A stretch of DNA of 64,000 bases from Narcine bancroftii. Lineage: Eukaryota. Below the pieces are notes generated by a model. It made no database searches. It was not told where the DNA came from and saw only the letters and a program-made list of their open reading frames with translations. The stretch is from contig NC_091472.1 of NCBI RefSeq assembly GCF_036971445.1, positions 220,968,001 through 221,032,000 of the forward strand. Direction: 5' to 3'. The translations under genes and the position numbers were made by a program. Below, piece after piece: positions 34,515-49,100 of the stretch; position 1 is the stretch's first letter; each line of letters starts with the position of its first letter.

Positions 34515-37140
34515 AAAGAGTCTAATGCAAATAGAGCTGGTGACAAAGGGTAGCCTTGCCTAGTCAATCTAGTTAACTTAAAAGGTGAAGATAACTGTCC
34601 ATTTGTCACAACTCTAGCAGTAGGGCTTCTAATATAAGGCCTTAATCCAACCAATAAAAAAAGGGCCAAAATTAAATTTCTCCAAAACTTTAAATAAAAA
34701 ACTCCATTCTACTCTATCAAAGGCCTTCTCTGCATCAAGATAAATAACCATTGGTTGGTTAGACTGCTCCCAAGAAGCATTAATTAAAGAAATCAATTTT
34801 ACAATATTATCTGCTGAATATTGATTTTTAATAAAACCCACTTGATCTACATGAATTAAACTTGGTAAATATTTAGATAACCTGTTAGCTAGAACATTTG
34901 CCACAGTTTTATAATCAGCATTCAATAAAGAAATAGGTCTATAAGACCCTGCTTTTAATGCGTCCCTATCCTTCTTAAGAATAACTGTAATAATTGCTTT
35001 TAAAAAGGAATACAGAAATGAACAAACCTCTGTTGCCTGTTTCAATACATCCATCAATAAAGGAATTAATAAGTCCTGAAATTCTTTATAAAATTCAGAA
35101 GTAAAACCATCATCTCCTGGAGACTTCCTACTAGGCATAGATCGAAGAGCATCTGTTACTTCTTTAACAATAAAGGACACATTCAAATCTTTAATATTCT
35201 TATCATTCACAAAAGGTAAATCCAAAAAAATTATCAATTTTGGCTTCATTTTCCAATACCTCAGAAGAATACAATTTTTCATAAAATTTACAAAACACAT
35301 CATTGATATCCTGAGGTTTGTATGTAATCATTGAATCATATCTAATAGCATTTATTGTTGTAGAAGCTTGTTCCATTTTTAACTGCCAAACTAATACTTT
35401 AAAACTCTTTCGCCAAATTCGTAATATCTCTGTCTAGTTCTCTGTAATAATTTCTTAAATTTATGTTTATAACAAATTATATCATAATTTCACATTAACT
35501 ATACATATTTTCTTAGCTTCCGTAGAAGTTCATTGTAAATCCTTTTCCAAAATGTTTATCTCCTCCTCCAATCTACTAACTTCAGCTACATATTGTTTCT
35601 TAATTTTAACAGTATAAGTAATGATTTGTCCCCTTAAATAAGCTTTTAAAGCATCCCATACAACAAATTTACTATCAACTGAACCTATATTTATTTTCAA
35701 AAAATGTTGTATTTGATCCCTTATAACTTTACAAAATTCAGCATTTTTCAACAGCATAAAATCAAACCTCCAACAATAAAGATTCTTAATTCTCTCCGAA
35801 CCAGTACATTTAACAATTACAGTATGGAAACAGGCTATCTCGGCCCCTCTAGTCTGCACCGATTTAAGTGAACTCCACTATTCCCATCTACCTGCTCCCT
35901 GCCCATAACCCTCCAATCCCCTCACATCCCCTTCTCTTAAATTATAAAATTGACCCTGCTGCAACCACTTCTTCCGGATGGTCATTCCGCTCACCCACCT
36001 GTCAAATGTTGAGATTCCATCTCTCGCTTTCTATTCTTCCTCCGGAACTAGAAAAAGTTGTTGAGGAAACCTTTCTTGACTTTGCACCTGCTTATTTGTG
36101 GGTAGAGAATTAGCAAATGTCAGGACTTCAGCGTCGTCACTAAAAAACTGAGATTGATAATCTCCCTAAAAAACTTGAAGTACAGCAGGTTACTGAAAAG
36201 CAAACTTATATCCTTTCTTCTACAAGACAGCCTTAGCTAAATTAAATTCTTTACGTTGTTTAATAATGGCTTGACTCAAATCAGCATTAAAAAAGACTAT
36301 AATTTTTAACTACTAAAGGGCCCTGATTACTTCTCCCATTTTGAACAGCAACTCTCTATCTTGATAACAGAGACATCTAATCAAATTAGAACGTGGAGCT
36401 TGACCAGGAAGAGGTTTCCTTTTAATTGCTCTATGAGCTCTATCCAGTTCCAGACCATTCCGAAAATATGCTGTTCCCAAAACCTCGGGAATCCACTTCT
36501 GAAAAAATGAACCGTCTCCGGACCTTCAAAATCTTCTGGAAGACCAACAATTTTAACATTATTTCTTTGACTTTGATTCTCCAAAGCATCAATTTTCTTC
36601 AACAAAAACACTTTTCTGAATTTCCCAACCAGTAAATAACTCCTCCATCTGTCTCATGTTTTCTTTACATTGTTTCACATCATCTTTACAATCAATAAAT
36701 TCTTCTTCACTGTTCTTAAATTTATCCTGAACCTTATCCACCACTTTCAGACATCTTGCCATGTCCAATTTAATAGAAGATATTTCCCCCTTTCATATCA
36801 GCAAGCTGTTCCTTCACAGATGAAAACCCTTGACTCACCTGAATTGCCAAATTCTCCATCTGCTTGGATAAGTCAATATGTAAAATTGAATCTGAATGAT
36901 GAAAATCAGACTTCAACTTTAAAGCCAGTTTAACCCTGGCCTACCCTTGTATATGACCGTTTCCTCCTCCTCCTCCATACCTTGGTCTTCTTCTTCTTCC
37001 ACTCCTTTTGTGCCTGCTTCCTCCTCCTCCATTGATACTGAAGTCGCTTCAGCCCAACTATGGGTGCGGACACTCTCTCCCGTCAGTTCAGGATCACTAG
37101 ACCGAGAGAGGTCGGGATCCCCCACAGCCTGGGCCATACC
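34515..37140 (-). mobile_element. L1-clade LINE, decayed (ORF1 and RT part of ORF2, with an internal deletion)
   Basis: [27 protein letters not shown] and DAEKAFDRVEW in 34629-35303. ORF1 motif KIDALENQSQRNNVKIVGLPE in 36381-36611. Confidence 0.9.
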
Positions 37141-37144
37141 CAAC

Positions 37145-38883
37145 ATAACGCTCAGAGCACACCAGGCAGGCTCGGGTCATGGAGCGAATCTCCTCAACTG
37201 TGTAGGGCAGGTGGTGAGCTTTGACAAAGTGCACGAACCTAGTGGCCCCTGGATGACAGAGTGCCTTGTGGAGTTTCTGCAGCCTGTCCAGTTGCATGTT
37301 GGCGCAAGTCCCCCTGGAGAGTGCATCTGGAAGATCATTGAGTTTACCTGGCCGATACAGTATGTCATAATTAAAGGTGGAGAGCTCGATTCTCCACCTG
37401 GCAATTTTGTCATTCTTGATCTTACCTCGCTGGGTATTGCTAAACATGAAGGTGACCGCGGGTTGGTCAGTGAGCAACGTAAAGCTCCTGCCAGTGAGGT
37501 AGTATCTCCAATGACATACTGCCTCGACTATGGCCTGGGCCTCCTTCTTGACAGAGGAGTGTCAGCTCTCAGGACCCTGGAGGGTTCTGGAGAAGAAGGC
37601 GACTGGCCGGCCAGCCTGGTTCAAAGTGGCTGTCGGTGCAAAGTCAGACGCATCGCTTTCGACTTGGAACAGAATGGACTCATCGATGGCATGCAACGTT
37701 GCAGCAGTGATGTCTGATTTGATGCGGTCGAAGGCCGTTCTGGCTTCAGCTGACAGGGGGAAGTAGGTGGTATTGATGAGTGGCCGTGCCTTGTCGGCAT
37801 AGTGTGGAACCCATTGGGCATAGTAAGAGAAAAAGCCCAGGCAGCGTCTGAGTGCCTTGTGGGTGCCGGGGGGGGGGGGGGGGGGGAAAGTCCATGAGGG
37901 GACGCATGTGGTCAGGGTCTCCACCACACAACCCAGGTCAAGTGCGGCCAAGTTGCAGTCTGAAAAAATTTCTCAAAGTTGGCATCATGATCCTCCGTGT
38001 CATGGCTGCAGATGGTGACATTGTCCAGATATGGGAAAGTAGCAGTCAGCCCATTCTGGTCCACCATCCGGTCCATTTCCTGCTGGAAGACCGCGACGCC
38101 ATTTGTAACCCCAAAGGGTTCCCTGAGGAATTGATACAGCCGCCCATTCGCTTCGAAGGCTGAGAAAGGTCGGTCTTCTCGGCGGATCGGGAGCTGATGA
38201 TAGGCCGAACATAAGTCAATGGTGGAAAATACACAGTATTGGGTGATCTGATTCACCACATCCGTGATCCATGGAAGGAGGTACGCATCCAGGAACGTGA
38301 AGCGGTTGATTGTCTGGCTGTAGTCAACCACCATCCGCGGCTTCTCCCCATTTTTAACAACCACTTCCTGGGCCCTCCATGGACTCAAGCTAGGTTTGAT
38401 AATGACCTCATCCAGCAGTCTGTGTACCTCGCTTGCGATAAATTTCCTGTGTTCATAACTATATTGCCAGCTTTTGGTGGCCACAGGCTTCCAGCCAGGA
38501 GTGAGATTTGCGAAAAGTGTTGGCGGAGCAACTCGGAGGGTGGAAAGACTAAAGGTGAAGCTATAACTGACTGTGGGTCGATGTCGAGGTTTTCCAGCCA
38601 TAGCATACACTCCATCCCTTCAAAATTTTTTTTGTTAATAAAATTGTAATGCACGTCGAAAGAACCAAAGACTTGTTGATCCAAACCAAGGCTTTTATTA
38701 ACTAAAAGACTGGAGCATATCCCAAGTAGGTCGACCAGTCCAGAATGACCTGGTCTGGCTAGGAGCAATCCTTTAAGACCTGCCAGTAGGTGTGGCTACA
38801 CTCTCAGCCAATCACAGTCATCCTACACTACCATCTGTACATATGTACATATACACATTGGTGATAGAATCTGTACTGTCACA
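37145..38883 (-). mobile_element. Ty3/Gypsy LTR retrotransposon remnant (LTR 38645-38883, RT, RNase H, start of integrase)
   Basis: RMVVDYS, FSTIDL, PFGVTNGVAVFQ and YLDN (37912-38610). ESDASD (37562-37951). TDQ...ARWRIELS (37097-37477). LTR with TGT...ACA ends. Confidence 0.9.
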
Positions 38884-38884
38884 C

Positions 38885-41800
38885 TCTGTCAAGTCATGTG
38901 TGCCTTGTCTCTGATCTTTTGACTGTGTATGTTAATTACTTCAAACTATACTCATAGTTTCTGTAGTTCACAAAATTGGCAACAAGGACTTTTAAAGAAC
39001 CCATGATGAGATTTTTTTCATAATGTGGGTGTTTTTGAGGAGAACATGGAGTCTTTTTAGGACTACACTGATCGCATGGATGGCTTTTTCAATGCCAATA
39101 CCATTGCTGAGGGCAAGAAAATGAGTTTTTTTCTTGCAAGTGTGGGACTGGCAACATACAAGTTGCTGAAAAATCTGTGCAGTCTGGATCAGCCCAGCAG
39201 AAAGAAGCATGCAGACTTGAACATTTTAAAGCTAGCACCTATTGTCATTGCAGAGAGGTATAAGTTTTGAACGGTACAGCAGGGAGATAGAGAGTCCATG
39301 GCAGAATTTGTCATCAGACTGAAAAAGTTAGCTTCAACTTATTCCTTTGGCTCCTTTTTGAAGGAAGCATTCCAAGGCAGACTTGTTTCAGGACTACACC
39401 CCAAAATGTCCTATACTCAGCTATATCTTCTTTTGGTTCATTATTTGACATTCAACAACGCAAGGGCTAATGGCATCACTGACGAGATAGCATGCGTGGA
39501 AAACCAGGGCTACATGGGGAAAGCGGCCAACAACAGAGAGGCACATCGGTTAGGCCATGTGAGGAAGATGCAGATGTCAAAATTTCCTTCTAACTCATTC
39601 AACAAGGGAATGCAGTGCAAGTGCTGTGGAGGAAAACATTGGGCTGACACCTGCCGTTTCAAAGATGCTATGTGCCATGGATGCAAGAAGCAAAGACAGA
39701 CTCGGTTGGTGTGTTACTCCTCAAAGCATGGCCACGAGAGGACAACATTTGTTGAAACTGATTCTGATGATGACTCTAAGACTGAGAGTGTACAAATGGA
39801 TAAGGTTTTGGTTTGTTTCAGCTTGAGGGTGAATGCTACTGGGTACATTTTTACCATTAAAAGATAGGAAATGCATGTATTGAGAGGGAAGTAGATACAG
39901 GAGTGAACCAGTTGACCCTATCTGACTCAGTATACGATGCAAAATAGACAGAGTTTCCATTATCATCCTTAGGAGCTACTATGGGGAGATAGTACTACTC
40001 TTCAGTAAGATAACTGTCCCAGTGTGGTATGAAAATTGTGAAATATTCATGTTGGAATTGTTGATTGTGAAAGGAAATCATCCAGCCCTCTTTGGGAGAG
40101 GCTGGCTTACCAAAATCAGATTGAATTGGGAGAATATTTTGGAGACCAAATCTCAGCCCGAGCCGACCATTAAATCACACCATAAACGCCACATCTTCTG
40201 CCCAGTTAGACTCAGTTCTAAGAAGGCATGACAAATTGATTGGGAATGAAGGATCAGGTATAAAAGGATTTACTGCTTCAATTAAGCGCAAACCAGTTGT
40301 TTCAGAAAGCGCGACCTGTGCCCTATCCACTGGTGGAAACCGTAAATAAAGGGTATGAGCAGCTCGTAAATGATGGCATGTTGACCCACATTGCACATAG
40401 TGAGTGGGCCTCACCCACAGTTCACATTCCCATATAACCATATAACAATTACAGCACAGAAACAGGCCAGTTTGGCCCTTCTAGTTCATGCCAAACACAC
40501 TCCAATGACCTGCACCCATCCCATAATCTTTCATACCCTTCTTGTCCATATATCTATCTAACTTTTTCTTAAATATTAAAATCGAGTCTGCATCAACCAC
40601 TTTGGCCAGAAGCTCATTCCATACTCCCACCACCCTCTGAATGAAGAAATTCCCCCCCTCATGTTTCCCCAAAACTTTTCCCCTTCAATCTCAATCCATG
40701 TCCTCCTGTTTGAATCTCCCCCACTATCATTTACTTTATCTGTCCCCCTCATAATTTTAAATACCTGTATCAAATCACCCCTCAATTTTCTGTCCTCTAG
40801 GGAGTAAAGTCCCAGCCTGCTCAACCTTTCCCTCTTGGTCAAACCTTGAAACCCAGGCAACATTCTTGTAAATCTTCTCTGCACTCTCTCTATTTTATGG
40901 ATTTTCTTCCTATAATTCAGTGACCAAAACTGCACACAATATTCCAAATTTGCCCTTACCAATGCCCTATACAACTTCAAATGACATCCCAACTCCTGAA
41001 CTCAATAATATGATTTATGAAGGCCAGCATACCAAAAAGCTTTCTTCACCACCCTTTCTACATGTGATTCCACTTTCAGGGAATTATGACCCAGAATTTC
41101 TAAATCCCTTTGTTCTACGACATTCAACAATAGTCTAATATTTAACATATGACCTTTGCTGATTAGTCCTACCAAATATGGCGCCTCATACTTATCAGTA
41201 TTAAACTCCATCTGCCACCTATCATCCCACTCTTCAAACTGGTCTACATCCCACTGCAAGTTTTAAAAACTTTCCTCACTGTCCACACCAACACCACCAA
41301 TCTTTATACTAACTAATCCAATTTACCACCCTATCATCCAGATCAAACAACCATGGACCCAGTACTGATCCCTGAGGCACTCCACTAATCACCGGCCTCC
41401 AAGTTGACAAACAATTTTCCATCGCTACTCTCTGGCATCTCCCATCCAACCATTGTTGAATCCATTTCACATTAATACCTAATGCTTGAACCTTCCTAAC
41501 TAATCTCTTACACAGAACCTTGTCAAAGTCCTTACTGAAGTCCATACAGACAACATCCACACCCTTTCCTTCATCAACCTTCTTCGTAACCTCCTCGAAA
41601 AATTTGATAAGATTTGTTAAATATGATCTAACACGCACAAAACCATATTAACTACACTTAATCAGTCCATCAATCCAAATAATTGTAAATTCCATTCCAA
41701 AGAACATTCTCCATTAATGTACATCAGACTCACAGGCCTATAATTACCCGGTTTACTTTAAGAATCTTTTTTAAACAGTGGCTCCTCCCCCATGGCTAAT

Positions 41801-44010
41801 GACATTTTAAATATTTCTGTCAGAGCCCCTGCTATTCCTAGGGAATATCTTGTCAGGACCCAGAGATTTATCCACTTTTATTCTCTTTAAAATAACTGTA
41901 CTACTCCCTCATTAATCTGCATATTTTCCATGACCTCACTACTAGTTTTTCTCACTTTACCTGACTCAATATTTTTTTCCTTAGTGAATACTGAAGAAAA
42001 TAAATCATTTAAAATTTACCTCATCTCTTCTGACTCCTCACATCGCCTACCCCTCTGATCCTCAAGGGGCCCAATTTTATCCCTCACTATTCTTTTACTT
42101 TTAATGTACCTTGTCTGTCAAAACAGCCTCATATTTCCTTTTAGCCTTTCTAATTTCTTTATTAAGATTTTTTTTGCACTCTTTATATTCCCGAAACACC
42201 TCATTTATTCCCTGCTGTCTATACCTATTGTCCACATCCCTCTTCCTCTGAACCAAATTCCCAATATCCCTTAAATCCAAGGCTCTCTATATTTTCTAAC
42301 CTTTCCTTTAATCCTCACAGGGACATGCCAACTCTGTACTCTCAAAGTTTCCCCTTTGAATATCCTCCATTATTCTGTTGCATCTTTCCCAGAAAATAAA
42401 TCATCCCAATTCTAAATCCTTTCAAATCTCCTCGAAATTATTCTTGTTCCAGTCAAGATTCTCAACCTTAGGCCCAGTCCTATCCTTCTCCATAACTGAC
42501 CTAAAACTAATAGTATTATCATCACTAGACCCAAAGTGTTCCCCAACACAAACCTGTCACCTGACCTATCTTGTTCCCTAATTGGAGATCCAATACTGCA
42601 CCCTCTTTAATCGGTTCTTCTATATATTGATTTAGAAAATTTTCCTGAACACATTTGACAAGCTCCAACCCATCCAGCCCTTTTACAGTATGTGTGGCTC
42701 CTCTAATTCCCTCTGTCCATTAGGGGGTCTATAATACATCCCCATTAGTGTTTTCATGGTTTTCCCATTCCTCAATTCCACCCAAATAGCCTCACTGGAT
42801 GAGCCCTCCAATCTATCCTGCCATAGCACTACTGTAATGTTTACTCTAACAAGCAATGCGACTCCTCCACCTTTTATGCCCCCCTGTTCTATCACACTTA
42901 AAGCAACGGAATCCTGGAACATTTAGTAGCCAATCATGCCCCTCCTCCAACCAAGTATCACTGATGGCAACAATATCATATTTCTATGTCTTAATCCATG
43001 CTCTTATTCACCATGTTCCTTGCATTTAAATATATATACTTGAGAGAATGTCCTCCGCATTCACTCTTTTGATTACCATCTACTTTTATTACCCTCTCTC
43101 CTTTAATTTTAACAATCATATTCCTCTCTCCCTTCAAATCTAGTGTCCTTCTACCCTAATCTCCACACTCTCATTGTTATTCCCAACCCACTGCCAAACT
43201 AGTTTAATCCCTCCCCAACAGATCTGGCAAACCTACCCAAGTCCCAAGGGAATATTTACGTGCGTGGCGACCACAAGAACGTGAAGGAGGTCATCGATGA
43301 CGATGGCTACAAGCTGCCCAATGCACAAGATTTGTTTGTGAAACTTGCACAAGATGGTTTCATGCTGAAAGTGTATTCGATCGTTGGCTAGGCTGGTGCG
43401 TTTAACCAGTTGGCTGAACTCTTCGTGCTCAATACTCACAAAGGCTTGCTTGCACCCATATGCTTGTGCTTTGGAGTGAAAACCGCACCAGACTTGTTCC
43501 AATTGACTATGGACAAAATTTTGTCAAGCATGGAGCATGTTTTTTGCTACGTCGATGATATTTTGATCGTGACCAATATCTATGACCAGCACATGAAGGT
43601 CCTTGCAGAGCTGTTGCTGGCTGGCCAAACACAATGTGTGACTCAATCATCAGAAGTGCCAGTTTCTAAAACGAGGTATCAGTTACCTTGGACACCTTCT
43701 CACTGCTGACGGAATTAAGCCATTACTGGACAAAGTAGAGGCGATCAAAAATGCGCGAAGACCAGAGAATGCCTCGGGATGATAATATTATTATGGGAAA
43801 TCATTCCAAATCTGAGCTCAAAACTACACCTGCTCAATGCAACACTCTGCAGAATGAAAATGGTGCACAAAATTTGAATATGCATAAAAACATGCTAGCT
43901 AGTTACCACGTTCTAGTCCATTATGATTCATTGAAACCATTAGTTTTGAGTGTGGATGGAAGTCCCTATGGACTAGGGGCTATCCTAAGTCACAAACTGG
44001 ATGACTATAG
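38885..44010 (+). mobile_element. Second Ty3/Gypsy element (gag with zinc knuckles, protease, RT), split by a CR1 insertion
   Basis: PBS-like TGGCAACAAGG near 38978. gag ORFs 39076-39270 and 39298-39867 (CKCCGGKHWADTCRFKDAMCHGCKKQ). RT FGVKTAPDLFQ...CYVDDIL (43410-43709). RNase H SVDGSPYGLGAILSH. Confidence 0.85.
40432..43235 (-). mobile_element. CR1-type LINE (endonuclease, RT, 3' UTR with tandem tail)
   Basis: EAIWVELRN...YYRPPN (42683-42922), DFSKDFDKV...GVPQGSVLGP (41309-41638) and LYRALVRANLEYCVQFW (40576-40992). (CATATAAC)n tail at about 40432. Confidence 0.92.
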
Positions 44011-44535
44011 TGGCACTATGGTGGCACTACAACTCCCAGGAGGCATCGAACCAGCCACGGAGGTTGGTGATCATGTGGAGATTACAGGCGGCTTAATGAC
44101 GCCACCAGTCCGGATCATTAGCTGATACCTCAAATTCAGGATTTCTCAGCTAATTTGCATGATGCAAAGATCTTCTCCAAAATAGACAGTGTGTGGCTAT
44201 CACCAAGTACTAGTAGAGCCAGGAGACATTCCAAAAACAGCAATAATTACTGCGTTTGGATTGTTTGAATTTTTACGAATGCTGCTCAATCATTTCAATG
44301 GGTAATGAATGTTTTAGGACTTAGTGTGACAAATGCCTTCATTTATCTTGACAAGATTTTTGTGGCCAGTGGGACTAAGGAAGAACATTTGGAATATCTT
44401 TGTATACTTTTTATTCATTTTCAAAACTTTGGACTGACCATCAATCCAGATAAATACATTTTTGGACAAGAAATGACTGATTTCTTGGGGCATAGGATTA
44501 CTCAGGAAGGCGCAACCCTGTTGCCATCCAAAGTT
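44010..44535 (+). mobile_element. Gypsy RT fragment (third family)
   Basis: DIPKTAIITAFGLFEF and FIYLDKIFVAS...FLGHRI remnants. Confidence 0.7.
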
Positions 44536-44636
44536 TTTTTTAAGTTTTATTTATTAATCATGGTAAATCATACAAATAAAAAATACAACTTAAGGAAAAG
44601 CAAAATACATACATGATATTTTTGTAAATAATACCC

Positions 44637-44946
44637 TGTGACAGAATATAGATATGTTTTTTGGAGACAAATTAGGGCAGGTTTTTAGTATAGGTCACAT
44701 ACAAACACTTTAAAATAGATCTTATTTAAAATACTGGAGCTCTGCTCGTGCTAGACATGTCGGGGCCAACAGCCTTTGCAAAAGCTTTGGAGAGTGGCCA
44801 AGAGACTTCACTAATGAATTGTTGTTTACAAAAAGGCAACAGATTAAAGAACTTGTCAGAGCCACAGATTGTCTGGAGGGGAACTTGCTGTTTCTAAGAG
44901 GATCATGTAGATTTGCAAGCAGAGAGAGTCAAACAGATTTTTTTCT

Positions 44947-44980
<34 letters not shown>

Positions 44981-45150
44981 GATCAGTTCTACAGTTTTAC
45001 AGTCAGCAGCAGCTGGGACTGGAGTAGGAAAAGCTGGCAAGCTTGTGGAAAACCCCATTTGGAAGATGGGTTGTGAGTGCTTAGTTCAGCTTGGTCAAAG
45101 CCCTTGTGGCTCATGCAAAAGGTGAGGATTGGCTCTCTAATTTTTCACTG
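44637..45150 (+). mobile_element. LTR fragment
   Basis: Begins TGTGACAG. Non-coding, with an internal (GA)n run. Resembles the LTR piece at about 33726-34140 in character. Confidence 0.45.
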
Positions 45151-45154
45151 TGGC

Positions 45155-45908
45155 TCTAACCAGCTCTCTCATCTCCCATGTGAACTGTGAAGGGCTCCCC
45201 AGGGGCTTGATGCTGGGTCATTAATTTGTACCTCACGTACATTGGTTTCGTCAGGGTTCCATACTGCTTCTGCAGCAGGGCCATCGCCTCATCGTACATT
45301 CAGCCATATCTAATTATTCAAAACACCCGATCGCCCACGGATGTAAACAGGAGATTGAACTTATCTTCAGCATCCCTTAGGTTGTGGCAGCACATGAACA
45401 TCTGCATCCCATGCAGCCACCTCTCAAAGGCAATATCTGCGTTGGGTTCGCTGGGTTCAATCGTGAGGGTAGTCGGCTGGCAAACGACTCCCATTACCCA
45501 CTGCAGAGTTGATGGTGACCCCAGGGATGCGACCGCTACTGTACCACATGGTTGGCTCGACTCCACCATCTGTGGGCTGGGTGACTGGGCAATTTCCCCA
45601 TCACTGCTGCTTTGTCCTGTATGCTGAGCTTCCATGGCTTTTGTTTTGGTAATTAAATTGTGGAGCACACAATAATCATGTTGACATGATGGAGTGACTA
45701 AACGGCTTTAATTACCAAAAGCCTGAGCATTACTGATACAGTACTTGGCCAGGATCCAGGTACAGGAGCAAGAGGGGGCAAGCTTGGGCATGCCAGTTTT
45801 TATTGGGAAATCTGGGGAGGAGACAAGGGAGGGGTTAGGGATGGTCAGGGGAGGTCTGGTAGGTTCGGATTGGCCAGTCTGTACATCTATCCAAATGCCT
45901 TTCACCAC
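45155..45908 (-). mobile_element. Gypsy LTR (about 45660-45908) plus start of gag
   Basis: TGTGG...CCACA termini. ORF 45318-45668 with LTIEPSEPNADIAFERWL is gag-like. Confidence 0.65.
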
Positions 45909-46113
45909 AGTTCCTCTACCTGGACAACGAGACCATCTGTGGCCATGACCTGCAGGACCACAATTTTAACCTGCAGAAATTCCTCCAGACTACAAAAGCC
46001 CAAAATCTCACATATAACCAGAAGAAATGTATGTTCCACACTTTGAAACTTTGATACAATTGGAAATTCATGTAGAATGAACCGAAATTTATTGCATCAA
46101 ACCTAAAGATAGA

Positions 46114-49100
46114 GGGGGTTGTGGCAAGATGGTGTAGAAAGAAGACGTGTATTCCACCTTTCCCCAGCTAGATTACTAAATACCCAGTTTTAAAACAGCA
46201 TAAAAGTGGTTAAAAATAATATTTACAGTTGTTTAAATAACAGTGATTTATGATGGCATCTAATGTGAGGAACTGAGGCCTACCTGCATAGCTGAATCCA
46301 CAGAATCGACATTGGGAGTCTCCAAGCCTCAGAGGAGTCCAGCCCATTCAAGTTTGACCTCGGCACCGATCCTGCCTCCGCAAGATGGTGCCAACACTTT
46401 TTGTGGGCATGGCTGACAAGGGAACCCATGAACCCACGACCTCGCTGGGTGGCCCGGGGGTGCGCAGTGTAGCATTGGAGGACGCTCCTGCGCATCCAGC
46501 AGCTTTGCCTGGCTTGTGTGGGGCATCCCAGGTCTGAGAATTGCTGAATAAAGTATGGGCTGTGAGGGAGCCCGAACACCGATGTCCCGAAGAGGTCGGG
46601 GTGCTGGGGTCGGGTGTCCAGACCCACAGCCATTCAGTTAAAGGATCTACAATGACTGAGGAAGAAGAGGAACTTACCTTATTGGAATTTTTCCAGAAGG
46701 AAGAGCCTGTAGTTAAAGGAGGCAGACCTCAAAAAGTGGAGGTGAAATCTGGTATGGATTCAGTGTTTACTGTTTTGGAAGGGATTGCTTGTCAAATGCA
46801 CAATATGTCAAAACAAATATCAACACAGGTGAATCAAGGATTTATGGAGATTAAAATAAAAATGAATACCCTGTGTGATGAAATCTCAACTATTGAAAAG
46901 GAAATGACTGTAGTTAAGAGTGATATTAATAGATGTATAAAATCAGTTGAAACTGTGCAAGATAAATTTAAGAAAATTGAAACAGCCTTTTCTGAGTGTC
47001 AAAATCAGGTGGAACGTAATAGAGAAAAAATGGAAAAAGTGTAAGGTTCTTTTGTAGATTGGGGGATTCAAAAAAGAGCTGCATTGGAGAAGATTGATTT
47101 GTTGGAAAATCAAAGCCGAAGGAATAATGTGAAAATAGTTGGTCTTCCAGAGGACATTGAAGGTTCCAATCCTATACAATTTTTTAAGCATTGGATCCCA
47201 GAGGTGCTGGGTAAAGAGCTTTTTCCTGAAGTCTTGGAATTGGATCAGGCTCATAGAGCTCTGAGAAGAAAACCACTTCCAGTGCAAACACTGAGAGCAG
47301 TCTTGGTTCGTTGTTTAAAATACCAAGATAGAGAAATGATTCTACATATGGCGGTACAGAAAGCACGGCAGAATCAGTCTCCATTAATGGATCAAAATAA
47401 CAGAGTGTTTTTTATGTCGATTTGAGTCAAGAGGTTATAAGAAAATGACGAGAATTTAATATGGCCAAAGATGTTTTGTGGCAAAAAGGCTATAAGTTTG
47501 CTTTTCATTATCCTGCAATTTTGAAGGTTTTTTATGGAAATTTTCAAGCTCAATTCTTTGAGAATGATCATGATGCTTTGGTTTTTGCTAATTCTTTGCC
47601 GGAACTGTGAAGAAATGGGCATTCTCCTCCGTTGTCTCCTAAGAGGATGGTAAATGGAAATGGGTATGGAAATTATGGAAAGAATGGAAAGAAAGAAGAG
47701 TTGACACAAAGTCTTCTTGATGTTGAAGATCCGGAGCAGTCGTTGGGCTTGGAATCATTGGGCTGAATGTATGGACTATATTTTATTGTGTTTAGTTAAA
47801 TAATAAATATGTATCTGGCTGGGGGCGGGGGGTGGATGACACTGAAAACTTTGATAGTCATCTGCCGCTCATGGGTTTACCGCACCCAGATTTTTAGGGT
47901 ATTACTACATTTGGGTGGGGTTTTTTTGTGTTTTTCTGTTATCTTTTTTTGAGGGTTTTTTTAAGAATTATAGAGGGGAGCATTATTTTATAGTGTAAAT
48001 ATATTAGTAGTTAAAAAGGATGTCTAAATTGAATTTTGCAACTTTTAATGTTCAGGGATTAAATAATCCAATAAAGAGAAAGAGAATATTGGCTTATATA
48101 AAAAATGAAAATTGATATTGCTTTTTTACAAGAAACACATTTGACTGAAAAAGAACATTTGAAATTGAAAAGAGTTTGGGTTGGTCATGTTGGTCATGTT
48201 TTTTCTTCTTCTTTTAATTCTAAGGCAAGATTTTGATTCATAAAAAATTACCCTTTGAATTGGAATCTTCAGAGGGGTATGATGGCAGAGTATTAAGAGT
48301 GAACTGTAAAGTTTTTGCTGAATCGTGGACTTTGTTGAATCTTTATGCCCCTAATATAGATGATAAGTGGTTTATTTCAGAAGCTTTTTTACTGTTAACT
48401 CAAGCTAATGAAAATGTCTTAGTTGGTGGTGATTTTAATTGTGTTCTGGACCTTTTATTTGACAGAAATCCAAAAAGTATAAGGAAATCAAAGATGGCAA
48501 CACAAATTAATGCATTAATGAAAGATTTAAATTTGGTGGATATTTGGAGAAAAGTTAATCCTATGGAGAAAGATTTTTCCTTTTATTCTTCATGACATGA
48601 TTCATTTTCTAGAATTGATTTATTTTTGATATCAGCACATTTACAAGGTAGAGTACTACGAGTTGAATATAAAAGTAGAGTTATATCAGATCATTCATTA
48701 TTACATTTTTCTTGTGAAAGTTTGGAGGTAGTACATCCGTCACTTAGATGGAGGTTTAACCCAATGTTATTGAAAAAAACCAGAGTTTGTTACTTTTGTT
48801 AAAGAGCATATCTCTTTATTTTTGACTGAGAATGTTAATTCTGTGGATAGTCATTTTGTAATATGGGATGCTTTAAAAGCTTATTTGAGGGGGCAGATTA
48901 TTAGTTATTCTACGAAAGTTAAGAAACAATATATGGCAGAAGGTTTAGAGTTAGAAAATAAGATTACAGAGATATAGAAAGATTTTCAGAAAGGTGTAAC
49001 ATAAGATTTTAAAAAGTTGCATTACCAAGGTTGAAATTACATTATAATACTTTACAAACTTATCAGTTTGAGCATTTAATTAATCAATCTAAACAACATT

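Noticed and set aside
36947-37717. 256-aa + strand ORF
   Set aside because: Antisense to the L1 ORF1 and Gypsy pol remnants.
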